Positions 29,536-38,072 of a DNA stretch of 38,072 bases are shown piece by piece. The number at the start of each line of letters is the position of its first letter. The first letter of the stretch is position 1. The DNA is from an uncultured Rhodovulum sp. (GTDB lineage Bacteria > Pseudomonadota > Alphaproteobacteria > Rhodobacterales > Rhodobacteraceae): contig CAYTMB010000001.1 in the NCBI GenBank assembly GCA_964438465.1, forward strand, positions 1 to 38,072, written 5' to 3'. A model generated the notes under the pieces. The model saw only the letters and a program-made list of their open reading frames with translations, made no database searches and was not told where the DNA came from. The translations under genes were made by a program, and so were the position numbers.

Positions 29536-30411
29536 ATGCCCGATTTCCCGATCATCGACACGCATCTGCACGTCTGGGACCCGGCGCGGCTGCGCTATTC
29601 CTGGATCAAGGGCAATCCGCTGTTCGACAAGCCCTATCATGTCGAGGACTACGCCCGCGACCTCGGCGAGGTCGAGGTCGAGGCGATGGTCTTCGTCGAA
29701 TGCTACGCCGATTTCGACGCCGAGCGCGGCCAGTATCTCGAGGAGGTCGAATTCGTCGAGGACGAGGCGAGGCGCGACCCGCGGCTGAAGGCCATCGTGC
29801 CGATGGCGCCGCTGGAGAAGGGCCGCGGCGCCGCGCCGATCCTCGAGGCGATGGCGCGGGACCATCCGATGGTCCGCGGCATCCGCCGCATCGTCGAGTT
29901 CGACGCCGACCCGCGCGCCCTGACGCTGAGCGACGGCTTCGTCGAGGGGGTGAACCTGCTCGAGGAGTTCGGCTACCATTTCGAGATCAACGTCAACCAC
30001 ACCCAGATGGGCATCGTGCGCGAGTTCGTCCGGCGGATCCCGAACGTGCCGATGATCCTCGACCACTGCGGCAAGCCGGGCATCGCCGAGGGCGCGATCG
30101 CGCAGTATCGCGCCGACGTCACCGAGCTGGCGCAGCATCCGAACCTGTGGATCAAGCTCTCCGACCTGCCGGTCGAGGCCGACCATGCGCACTGGAGCGA
30201 AGGCGACCTGCGCCCCTACATCAACGCGACGCTCGACACCTTCGGCCCGGACCGGGTGATCTACGCCGGCGACTATCCGGTCTGCTTGCAGGCGACCTCG
30301 CTGCCGCGCTGGGTCGAGGTGCTCGACCGCGCGCTCGCCGGGCTGAGCGAGGACGAGCGGCGCCGGATCTACCGCGACAACGCCAACGCCTTCTACCGCC
30401 TCGGGCTCTGA
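29536..30411 (+). CDS. Amidohydrolase_2-family sugar lactonase (L-rhamnono/L-fucono-lactonase-like)
   Basis: IIDTHLHVWD, RYSW, VRGIRR, ILDHCGKP, IKLSD, FGPDRVIYAGDYPV, NANAFYRL. Confidence 0.85.
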   Translation: MPDFPIIDTHLHVWDPARLRYSWIKGNPLFDKPYHVEDYARDLGEVEVEAMVFVECYADFDAERGQYLEEVEFVEDEARRDPRLKAIVPMAPLEKGRGAAPILEAMARDHPMVRGIRRIVEFDADPRALTLSDGFVEGVNLLEEFGYHFEINVNHTQMGIVREFVRRIPNVPMILDHCGKPGIAEGAIAQYRADVTELAQHPNLWIKLSDLPVEADHAHWSEGDLRPYINATLDTFGPDRVIYAGDYPVCLQATSLPRWVEVLDRALAGLSEDERRRIYRDNANAFYRLGL

Positions 30412-30419
30412 GCGCCGGC

Positions 30420-31238
30420 ATGGGCGCGCCGCGCGACAGGCCGGAGGCGGCGGGCAAGGGGCCGGAGGCGTTCACCGACCTCGTCGCCGCCGGCCGCGCG
30501 GCCGGGGAGGCGCGCGGGTTCGGCGGCGGCGCGCTCGACCGCCAGTCGATCTCCGAGCAGGTGGCGAACCGGATCATGGGCATGATCAAGTCGGGCAACC
30601 TGCGCCCCGGCGACCGGCTGCCGACCGAGGCGCAGATGGGCATCGCCTTCGGCATCAGCCGCCCGCCGCTGCGCGAGGCGCTGAAGGCGCTGACGCTGAT
30701 GCGGGTGCTGGAGAGCCGGCAGGGCGGGCGCTACACCGTGACCGAACTGTCGCCCAGCCGGCTGATCGCGCCGTTCAACATCATCCTCGGCAGCAGCGAC
30801 TACGACGTGGTCGAGCATTTCGAGGCGCGCGCGGTGGTGGATCTGGATCTGGTGCGGCTGTGCGCGCTGCGCGCCGGGCGCGAGGCGAAGGCGCGGATCC
30901 TGAAGCTGGCGGTCGACGGCCGGGCGTTCCACGACGATCCGGTGGCGTTCCGGCTCTCGGATCTCGAGTACCACCGGCAGGTCTATCTCGGAGCCGGAAA
31001 CCGCCTGCTGTCGGCGCTGGCCGAGGCGCTCTACGACATGGGGCTCGACCTGCGCCGCGGCGCCAGCGCGCTGCCCGGCGTGATCGAGGCGAGCGTGCGC
31101 CAGCATGTCGAGGTGGCCGAGGCCATCGTCGCCGGCGACGCCGCGGCGGCGGTCGAGGCCTACCGGCGGCATCTCGAGCATGTGCGCGACACCACCGTCG
31201 AGATGATCCGGATCGAGGCGGCGGCGGGGGCGGTCTGA
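30420..31238 (+). CDS. FadR/GntR-family transcriptional regulator
   Basis: LRPGDRLPTE...FGISRPPLREALKAL wHTH plus FCD domain (DLEYH, GNRLL, HVEVAEAI, RRHL). Start uncertain. Confidence 0.9.
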   Translation: MGAPRDRPEAAGKGPEAFTDLVAAGRAAGEARGFGGGALDRQSISEQVANRIMGMIKSGNLRPGDRLPTEAQMGIAFGISRPPLREALKALTLMRVLESRQGGRYTVTELSPSRLIAPFNIILGSSDYDVVEHFEARAVVDLDLVRLCALRAGREAKARILKLAVDGRAFHDDPVAFRLSDLEYHRQVYLGAGNRLLSALAEALYDMGLDLRRGASALPGVIEASVRQHVEVAEAIVAGDAAAAVEAYRRHLEHVRDTTVEMIRIEAAAGAV

Positions 31239-31607
31239 CCGCATCCTTCGCTCGATCGCCGCCGATCGAGGTTCTCTCCCGCCCCGGGGCGTCGGCTGGA
31301 GCGCAAGCGGAAGCCGAGGGGCGCCGGGCGTCCCCGTGCGGTCGCAATCGGGCCGCGCCGGCCTGGCGGGCGCGGAAACGCGCCCGCGTCACGCCGAACG
31401 CACGCTGCCGAGATATCGGCGCAGGTCTCCGGGGTGAGGATGAAGGCGACGGCCCGCCCGCGTCCTTGCGTTCCTGCGAAAGAACCGCACCATCAAGGCC
31501 CGGGATCAGACACCTGGGCCTTGGTCATTTCGCCGGGACCCCGCCAGATCACCGCCAGCGTCACGAACGCGATGGGCGGTGTGAGCCCGGAAGACCTCGA
31601 CGCCAAG

Positions 31608-31646
31608 GGTCCGGGTGTGGGCGAGAGGGCGCTCCGCACCCGGACC
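31608..31646 (-). terminator. Long hairpin immediately downstream of proX
   Basis: GGTCCGGGTG (31608-31617) pairs with CACCCGGACC (31637-31646), with inner pairing. It begins 5 bp after the stop codon. Confidence 0.55.
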
Positions 31647-31651
31647 GATGA

Positions 31652-32683
31652 TCAGTTCGCCGCCGCCGCCTTCGCTTCGCTGAGCCAGCCATCGACCAGG
31701 GACTCGTGCCCGGCGACCCATTCGTCGGCATGGCGCTCGAGGTCGGCCGGCCTGCTCTCGCCCTGATACATCTTGGCGTTCTGCGCGAAGATGTCGTCGA
31801 GCGGGATGCTCATCACCTCGAAGAGCTTCGCGACCGCAGGATTGTCGGCGAGGAAGGCGTCGTTCGCGACCACGCGGATGTCGTTCGCCGGCCAGCCCAT
31901 GTTGCAGGGATTGTCGGCGCAGCCCTTCACGTCCGGCACGGAGATGAACTCGGCCATGTCCTGCTGGTCGTCCGGCAGCGCCGCGGAGTGGACCTGCAGC
32001 CAGACGACGTCCTCGTCGGGCTTCAGGAGGCCCACCGTCCAGTTCGGCGTCCAGGTGTAGAAGAGGATCGGCTGGCCCTGCTCGAACCGGCTGATCGCGT
32101 CGGCCATCGATGCCGAGTAGGCGGCCTGGATCTGGTGGACGGTGTCCTTGAGCCCGTAGGCCTCCATCTGATGCGTGATGGTGAGCTCGCAGCCCCAGCC
32201 CGGCGGGCATGCGACGAGGTCCGCCTTGCCGTCGCCGTCGCTGTCGAAGAGCTTCGCCTTCTCGGGGTCCTTGAGGTCCTCGATGAACTTGATGCCCTCG
32301 GCGTCGGCGGTCTTCTTGTCGATCAGGTAGCCCTGCAGGGCGCCGCCCCTCGCGACATAGCCGACCGGGCTCGCCTTCCCTTCGACGTCGGGCAGGTAGC
32401 TGTTGTGCAGCGGGAACCAGCCGCTGGCCCAGAAATCGACGTCGCCCTGCCCGACCGCCTGGTAGAAGGGCGGATTGTCGAGCGCCATCGGCTGGTCGAC
32501 GGTGTAGCCGAGGCGCTCGATCACCTTCCGGTAGACCTGCGCCTGGAACCACTCGGTATCCCAGGTCGGCTGCGCCATGCGAACGGTCTTGCCCTCGCCG
32601 GGCAGATCCTGCGCGAGACCGGGAGCCGCGGCGCAGAGAGCGAGCGCGGATCCGAGGGCCAGCGACAAGGTGAGTCGTTTCAT
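31652..32683 (-). CDS. proX: Betaine/proline-betaine ABC substrate-binding protein
   Basis: Signal peptide, LPGEGKTV, GWFPLH, ALQGYLIDKKTAD, KLFDSDGDGKADLVACPPGWGCE, FYTWTPNW. Start MKRLT with GAGGAG-type ribosome-binding site. Confidence 0.9.
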   Translation of the reverse strand: MKRLTLSLALGSALALCAAAPGLAQDLPGEGKTVRMAQPTWDTEWFQAQVYRKVIERLGYTVDQPMALDNPPFYQAVGQGDVDFWASGWFPLHNSYLPDVEGKASPVGYVARGGALQGYLIDKKTADAEGIKFIEDLKDPEKAKLFDSDGDGKADLVACPPGWGCELTITHQMEAYGLKDTVHQIQAAYSASMADAISRFEQGQPILFYTWTPNWTVGLLKPDEDVVWLQVHSAALPDDQQDMAEFISVPDVKGCADNPCNMGWPANDIRVVANDAFLADNPAVAKLFEVMSIPLDDIFAQNAKMYQGESRPADLERHADEWVAGHESLVDGWLSEAKAAAAN

Positions 32684-32727
32684 TGGGTTTTCCTCCTCTG
32701 TTGAATGGGCTTTCCGACCGGTTCCGG

Positions 32728-33639
32728 TCATTCCCTTCCGGACGCGGCCCGGCGACGCGGCAGGGTATCGTCGGCCAGGGCCTGGGTGATGCGGTCGAGG
32801 ACGATCGCCATCAGCACGATGCCGAGGCCGCCGATGCTGGCGTAGCCGACGTCGAGCCGCCCGAGGCCGGTGTAGACGGTGAGCCCGAGGCCGCCCGCGC
32901 CGATCAGCGCGCCGATGACCACCATCGAGAGCGCCAGCATCAGCGTCTGGTTCACGCCGGTCATGATCGTGCGGAGCGCCAGCGGCAGCTGGATCTCCCA
33001 GAGGACCTGGCGCCGGGTCGATCCGAAGGCCTGGCCGGCCTCGATGAGTTCGGTCTGCACCTGGCGGATGCCGAGGTTGGTCAGGCGCACCAGGGGCGGC
33101 AGCGCGAAGATGATGGTGGCGATCACCGCCGGCACGATGCCGACGCCGAAGAGCATGACGATCGGCACGAGATACACGAACGAGGGGATCGTCTGCATGA
33201 TGTCGAGGATCGGCCTGAGCACCGCCGCCCAGCGGTCGCTGCGCGCGGCGAGGATGCCGAGCGGGATGCCGATCAGCACGCAGAAGACCACGGCGGTCAC
33301 CACCATCGCCAGCGTCACCATGGTCTCGGACCAGAGGCCGAGCCAGTCGAGAAGCAGGAGCGACCCGGCGGTGAAGAGCGCGAGACCCCGCCCGCCGGTG
33401 CGCAGTGCGGCGAAGGCCGCGAGCGCCAGGATGACGACGAAGGGGACCGCCAGCAGCAGGGTCTGCAGCCCGTCGAGAACGGTGGCGATCGGCCATTGCA
33501 TCGCGCGGAAGGTCGGGCGGAGCGCCGGGATCATCCAGTCGCGCACCCCGGACTGGATCCACTGGTCGAGCGGCAGGATGCCGTAGGTGGACGGGCGCAG
33601 CATGTCGGCCGCGGATTGGATCGAGCTCCAGATCGCCAT
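32728..33639 (-). CDS. proW: Betaine ABC permease
   Basis: LRPILDIMQTIPSFVYLVP, VRLTNLGIRQV, EAGQAFG, GVNQTLMLALSMVV. Confidence 0.92.
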   Translation of the reverse strand: MAIWSSIQSAADMLRPSTYGILPLDQWIQSGVRDWMIPALRPTFRAMQWPIATVLDGLQTLLLAVPFVVILALAAFAALRTGGRGLALFTAGSLLLLDWLGLWSETMVTLAMVVTAVVFCVLIGIPLGILAARSDRWAAVLRPILDIMQTIPSFVYLVPIVMLFGVGIVPAVIATIIFALPPLVRLTNLGIRQVQTELIEAGQAFGSTRRQVLWEIQLPLALRTIMTGVNQTLMLALSMVVIGALIGAGGLGLTVYTGLGRLDVGYASIGGLGIVLMAIVLDRITQALADDTLPRRRAASGRE

Positions 33640-33645
33640 GACGGC

Positions 33646-34722
33646 CTATCCTTCCTGTGCGGGCGAAATGAGCGCGGCGATGTCCGCCACCCCGACCACG
33701 CCCTCGGGGGCGCCGTCCCTGCCGGCCACCAGCAGCGCGCCCCGGCAGGCGAGCGGCAGCACGTCGATCAGCTTGGCGCTGCCGTCGACGCGCTGCAGGC
33801 CCTCGGACCCGGCCGGGATGCCCGGGCTGCGGATCGCGGAGCGGACCGGCAGCACGCGGCCCCGGTCGACGTCGCGGATGAAGGCCGCGACATAGTCGTC
33901 GGCCGGCGCCAGGACGATCTCGGCCGGCGTGCCGACCTGCGAGAAGTGGCCATCCTTCATCACCGCGATCCGGTCGCCGAGCATCAGCGCCTCGTTGAGG
34001 TCGTGGGTGATGAAGATGATCGTGGTGTGGCGGCTGCGCTGCATCTCGAGGAGCTCGCGCTGCATGTCCTGCCGGATCAGCGGGTCGAGCGCGCCGAACG
34101 GCTCGTCCATCAGCAGGATCTCGGGGTCGAGCGCGAGCGCGCGTGCGATCCCGACGCGCTGCCGCATCCCGCCGCTCAGATCCCCCGGCAGGCGGTTCGC
34201 CCAGGCCTCGAGACCGACGCTCTCCAGCGTCTTCAGCGCCTTTTGGCGCCGCTCCGCGCGCGGAAGGTTGCGCATCTTCAGCCCGTACTCGGTGTTCTCG
34301 ACCACCGTGCGGTGCGGAAGCAGCGCGAAGTGCTGGAAGACCATCGTGATCTTCTCCAGCCGCATCGCGCGGACCCGCTCGCCCGAGGCGGTGCAGATGT
34401 CCTCGCCGTCGATCAGCACCTCCCCCGCCGTCGGGGGCTGGAGCAGGTTCAGGCAGCGCACCAGCGTCGACTTGCCCGACCCCGACAGGCCCACGACCAC
34501 GAAGATCTCGCCGGCGCCGACGCTGAAGGAGACGTCGTTAACTGCGATGACGCAGCCGCTGCGCTTCAGGATCTCCACCTTGTCGTGGCCCTCGCGCATC
34601 AGCCGGAGCGCCCGGTCGGTATCGGCGCCGAAGATCTTGCTGACGCCGCGCACCGCGATGCGCTCGATCCGGTCCTTCTGGCTCACGCCTGCCCCTTCCG
34701 CCATTCCGTCATCCCCGGACAT
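33646..34722 (-). CDS. proV: Betaine ABC ATP-binding protein
   Basis: GLSGSGKST, MVFQHFALLPHRTV, LSGGMRQRVG, MDEPFGALDPLIR, FITHDLNEA. Confidence 0.92.
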   Translation of the reverse strand: MSGDDGMAEGAGVSQKDRIERIAVRGVSKIFGADTDRALRLMREGHDKVEILKRSGCVIAVNDVSFSVGAGEIFVVVGLSGSGKSTLVRCLNLLQPPTAGEVLIDGEDICTASGERVRAMRLEKITMVFQHFALLPHRTVVENTEYGLKMRNLPRAERRQKALKTLESVGLEAWANRLPGDLSGGMRQRVGIARALALDPEILLMDEPFGALDPLIRQDMQRELLEMQRSRHTTIIFITHDLNEALMLGDRIAVMKDGHFSQVGTPAEIVLAPADDYVAAFIRDVDRGRVLPVRSAIRSPGIPAGSEGLQRVDGSAKLIDVLPLACRGALLVAGRDGAPEGVVGVADIAALISPAQEG

Positions 34723-34791
34723 CGCGCATCTCCAGCCGGCGCGGGAAACAGCCCGGGTGGCCCCCGATGCACGCCGGGACCCCAGCCACCG

Positions 34792-36828
34792 TCAGATCGC
34801 CATCACAAGGCGGAGTGCGTCGTAGATCGCCGCGTGCGTGTTGCGGGCGGAAACCGCGTCGCCGATGCGGAAGAGCGCGAACGCCCCTTCCGGATTGCGC
34901 ACGACCGACTGCGGCGTCCCCGCGATCAGCTCCGCATGCGACACCGCGCCATGGTTGCGCGACATCGGCTTCAGTTGGAAATAGAGGTCATCGAGCGGCA
35001 CGGTGCCATGGTTCACCACCACCTGGTCCACTTCACGCTCCTTCGCGACCCCGCCGTAGTCGCTTGCGACATGCGCGACCAGGACGTTGCCCCGCTTCTC
35101 GACCGCCGCGAGCCGGAAGGTGACGGTGAAGGTGGTGTCGAGCTTCTGCAGGCTGCGCATGTAGGGGACGAGGTTCATCGCCATCACCTCGGGCGCGAAG
35201 GTCCGGTCCGGCGTCATGATCTCCACCCTGGCGCCGGTCGCGGCGATGATCTCGGCGGCCTGCAGTCCGGCATGGTCGCCGGCGTCGTCGTAGACGAGCA
35301 CGTTCCCGCCCGGCCTCGCGTCGCCCGAGAGGATATCCCAGGCCGAGACGACGAGCTCGTTGCCGCGCGCCAGCACCTCGGTGTGCGGCATCCCCCCGGT
35401 CGCGACGACGACCACGTCGGGGCTCTGGGCCAGCACGTCCTCCGCCTCGGCCCAGGCGTTGAAGCGGAAGCCGACGCCGAGCCGCTCGCACTCGGCCATC
35501 CGCCAGTCGATGATCGACAGCATCTCGCGCCGCCGCGGGCTCTGCGCCGTCAGCCGGATCTGGCCGCCGGCCCGGTCCGCCGCCTCGAAGACCGTGACCT
35601 CGTGCCCGCGCTCGCCGGCGACCCGCGCCGCCTCCATCCCCGCCGGCCCCGCGCCGACGACGACCACCCGCCGCCGCGTCTCGGCCCTGGCTGTGACATG
35701 CGGCATCGTCAGCTCGCGCCCGGTCGCGGGGTTGTGGATGCAGTAGGCGGCGCCGCCCTGGTAGATCCGGTCGAGGCAGTAGTTCGCCCCGACGCAGGGC
35801 CGGATGCGGTCCTCCTGCCCGGCGATGATCTTCCGGACGATGTGCGGGTCGGTCATGTGCGCGCGGGTCATGCCGACCATGTCGAGCTTGCCCGCGGCGA
35901 TCGCGTGCCGCGCCGTCGCCACGTCGGGGATCTTCGCGGCATGGAACACCGGGAAGCCGGTGGCCGCCCGGATCTCGCCGGCGAAATCGAGATGCGGCGC
36001 GTTCGCCATGCCCTGGATCGGGATGACGTCGGTCAGCCCGGCGTCGGTGTCGATGTGGCCGCGCACCACGTTCAGGAAGTCGACGAGCCCGCTGTCGCGC
36101 AGCCGCCGCGAGATCTCGAGTCCGTCGGCGGCGCCGAAGCCGCCGGCCTGCATCTCGTCGCCGGTGTAGCGCAGGCCGACGATGAAGTCCGGCCCGACCC
36201 GCCGGCGGATCTCGCCGAGCACCTCGAAGGTGAAGCGAAGCCGGTTCTCCAGCGAGCCGCCATAGGGCGCCTCGAGGTCGTTGGTGAGCGGCGAGACGAA
36301 CTGGTCGAGCAGGTGGCCGTAGGCCTCGAGCTCGATCCCGTCCATGCCGCCCGCCTGCATCCGCTCGGCGGCGTCGCCGAAGTCGCCGATGATCCGCTCG
36401 ATGTCCCAGTCCTCGAGGCGCTTCGGGAAGGCCCGGTGCGACGCCTCGCGGGCGTGGGAGGGCGCGACGACCGGCAGCCAGTCGCCCTTGTCCCAGCGGG
36501 TGCGTCGGCCGAGATGGGTCAGCTGGATCATCACCGCCGCGCCATGCTCGTGGACAGCGTCGGTGAGCTCGCGCACCCACGGCACCACCTCGTCCTTGTA
36601 GGCGAGGATGTTGTTGAAGACCGGAGGGCTGTCCGGCGCCACCGCCGCCGACCCCGCCGTCATGGTCAGCGCGACCCCGCCTTTCGCCCGCTCCACCGTA
36701 TAGGCGCGGTAGCGCTGCTTCGGCATCCCGTCCTCGGGATAGGCCGGCTCGTGCGAGGTGACGATGATGCGGTTCCTGAGCGTCAGGTGCTTGAGCCGGA
36801 ACGGCTGGAGCAGCGGATCGGCTGGCAT
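34792..36828 (-). CDS. stcD: NADH:flavin oxidoreductase, N-methylproline demethylase (StcD/HpbA) type
   Basis: N-terminus MPADPLLQPFRLKHLTLRNRIIVTSHEPAYPEDGMPK closely resembles the recalled S. meliloti StcD. OYE barrel, Fe-S motif CVGANYCLDRIYQGGAAYC and VVVGAGPAG FAD domain. An alternative start lies at 36849. Confidence 0.85.
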   Translation of the reverse strand: MPADPLLQPFRLKHLTLRNRIIVTSHEPAYPEDGMPKQRYRAYTVERAKGGVALTMTAGSAAVAPDSPPVFNNILAYKDEVVPWVRELTDAVHEHGAAVMIQLTHLGRRTRWDKGDWLPVVAPSHAREASHRAFPKRLEDWDIERIIGDFGDAAERMQAGGMDGIELEAYGHLLDQFVSPLTNDLEAPYGGSLENRLRFTFEVLGEIRRRVGPDFIVGLRYTGDEMQAGGFGAADGLEISRRLRDSGLVDFLNVVRGHIDTDAGLTDVIPIQGMANAPHLDFAGEIRAATGFPVFHAAKIPDVATARHAIAAGKLDMVGMTRAHMTDPHIVRKIIAGQEDRIRPCVGANYCLDRIYQGGAAYCIHNPATGRELTMPHVTARAETRRRVVVVGAGPAGMEAARVAGERGHEVTVFEAADRAGGQIRLTAQSPRRREMLSIIDWRMAECERLGVGFRFNAWAEAEDVLAQSPDVVVVATGGMPHTEVLARGNELVVSAWDILSGDARPGGNVLVYDDAGDHAGLQAAEIIAATGARVEIMTPDRTFAPEVMAMNLVPYMRSLQKLDTTFTVTFRLAAVEKRGNVLVAHVASDYGGVAKEREVDQVVVNHGTVPLDDLYFQLKPMSRNHGAVSHAELIAGTPQSVVRNPEGAFALFRIGDAVSARNTHAAIYDALRLVMAI

Positions 36829-36870
36829 CTGGCGAGCGACCTCCGGCATGGGCTGCACCTCGCTACGACA

Positions 36871-36913
36871 GAATGTGCACATGTGTCAACGATAGAGCCA
36901 TGAATGTACATTC
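36871..36913. promoter_or_regulatory. Putative TetR operators
   Basis: Perfect palindromes ATGTGCACAT (36873-36882) and GAATGTACATTC (36902-36913), both with a GAATGT left half, between the divergent stcD and tetR. Confidence 0.65.
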
Positions 36914-36940
36914 CGCATTGAGAACCGCGCGGCATCTGGT

Positions 36941-37606
36941 ATGTACGCGGTCATGGAACCGGCCATGGAACGGGTGGCGAGCGCGGGCGGTTGGCGAGGC
37001 TCTGCGGACGTGTGGCTCGCAGCGGCATACGACGCGCTGATGGAGTCGGGCATCGACGGCGTGAAGATCCTGCCGCTCGCGAAACGGCTGAACCTCTCCC
37101 GGACGAGCTTCTACTGGTTCTTCACCGACCGCGAGGCGCTGCTTTCGGCGCTGGTCGCCCGCTGGCGCGACAAGAACACCGGCAGCATCGTCGCGCGATC
37201 CGAGGCCTACGCCGAGACGATGGCCGAGGCGATGCTCAACGTCTTCGACTGCTGGCTCGACGTCGACCTCTTCGACTCGCGCTTCGAGTTCGCCATCCGC
37301 AGTTGGGCGATGCAGTCGGAAGCCATCCTCGCCGAGGTGCGCGAGGCCGACCGCATCCGCATCGCCGCGCTGACCCGGATGCTCATGCGCTTCGGCCACG
37401 ACGCGATCGGGGCCGACGTCCGCGCCCGCACCGTCTATCTCGTGCAGATCGGCTACATCACCATGCAGTCGCAGGAGACCACCGAGGTGCGGCTGCAACG
37501 GATCCCCGAGTATGTGTCGATCTTCACCGGGCAGGCCCCGCAGGCCCGCGAGATGCAGCGTTTCCGCGCACGGAACAAGCTTCAGCCGGCGGCCGGCAAT
37601 CCCTGA
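36941..37606 (+). CDS. TetR/AcrR-family regulator (HpbR-like by context)
   Basis: WLAAAYDALMESGIDGVKILPLAKRLNLSRTSFYWFF HTH, FEFAIRSWA. The start could be 36941, 36953 or 36966. Confidence 0.9.
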   Translation: MYAVMEPAMERVASAGGWRGSADVWLAAAYDALMESGIDGVKILPLAKRLNLSRTSFYWFFTDREALLSALVARWRDKNTGSIVARSEAYAETMAEAMLNVFDCWLDVDLFDSRFEFAIRSWAMQSEAILAEVREADRIRIAALTRMLMRFGHDAIGADVRARTVYLVQIGYITMQSQETTEVRLQRIPEYVSIFTGQAPQAREMQRFRARNKLQPAAGNP

Positions 37607-37623
37607 CGGGCCGCGGCGGCTCC

Positions 37624-38072
37624 TCAGCACTTCATGCTCCCGGTCTTCTCCAGCGCAGCGGTCAGGCCAGCGCCCACCGCCTCGCGGAACCCGCCCGCCA
37701 GCATCGCTTCGATCGCCGCCGCGGTGACGCCGCGGTAGTCCAGGAAGGCGGCCACCGTCCCGGCCGGATCCTCCCCGCTCTTCTCGAAGATGCGCCCCGT
37801 TCCGACCAGCAGCCCGACCACGGCGCGGCGGGCAACCTCCTGCGGGATGCCGCGGGCGATCGCATCCTCCATCATCGTCCGCGCCAGCAACGCCGGATAC
37901 GCCGGCCCGGCGCCGGAGAGCCCAGTGAGATAGTCGATCGCCGCCTCGCTTTCGACTTCGTCCTGCGTTCCGCAGGCCTCGAGGATGCGTCGGACCAGCT
38001 GCCGGTCGGCGTCCGTGACCCCGGCGCCCGCGGTCCACGGCGTATAGGACTGGCCGACCTCCGCCGCCGCGT
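37624..38072 (-). CDS. Pyrroline-5-carboxylate reductase-family protein, C-terminal part (5' end outside window)
   Basis: Reverse strand from 38070 reads AAAEVGQSYTPW...ILEACG...EAAIDYLTGLSGAGPAYPALLA...AIARGIPQEVARR..., the ProC dimerisation domain (cf. canonical TALSGSGPAY). Confidence 0.8.
   Translation of the reverse strand, partial: AAAEVGQSYTPWTAGAGVTDADRQLVRRILEACGTQDEVESEAAIDYLTGLSGAGPAYPALLARTMMEDAIARGIPQEVARRAVVGLLVGTGRIFEKSGEDPAGTVAAFLDYRGVTAAAIEAMLAGGFREAVGAGLTAALEKTGSMKC

Noticed and set aside
31434..31766. 110-aa plus-strand ORF in the fadR-proX gap
   Set aside because: No recognisable motif, and it overlaps the proX 3' end and its terminator hairpin.
32683..36903. 1406-aa plus-strand ORF
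   Set aside because: It is the antisense mirror of proW/proV/stcD with no recognisable domain.

Overview
Very GC-rich bacterial window, probably an Alphaproteobacterium (Rhodobacterales-like; inferred from gene content). It is densely coding and mostly made of catabolic modules. (1) The 3' end of pbpC. (2) A LysR-regulated N-rich-ureide cluster: allophanate hydrolase AtzF, an AtzH/TrtB-like NTF2 protein, a cysteine hydrolase with all six recalled triuret-hydrolase (TrtA) signature residues, an NCS2/AzgA-like permease and AtzG/AtzE. No cyanuric acid hydrolase or biuret hydrolase is in the window. (3) A patatin, a vWA + membrane J-domain pair and a GMC oxidoreductase. (4) A BMP-type nucleoside/nucleobase ABC importer with a CodA-family deaminase. 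(5) An orphan TonB. (6) A non-phosphorylative L-rhamnose-type sugar locus (RhaSTPQ-like ABC, RhaM, RhmD, AKR dehydrogenase, lactonase, DHDPS-like enzyme, second enolase-family dehydratase, FadR) interrupted by a vapBC toxin-antitoxin pair. (7) A proline-betaine/N-methylproline module (ProVWX, StcD/HpbA, TetR, divergent ProC). Four intergenic gaps carry an element with the same architecture: a 15-16 bp palindrome, 14 nt, TGA, then an AT-rich IHF-like tail. Two copies are clearly homologous and flank a 4.4-kb block in inverted orientation. I saw no rRNA, tRNA, CRISPR array or intact transposase. All family calls come from motif recognition, not database searches.
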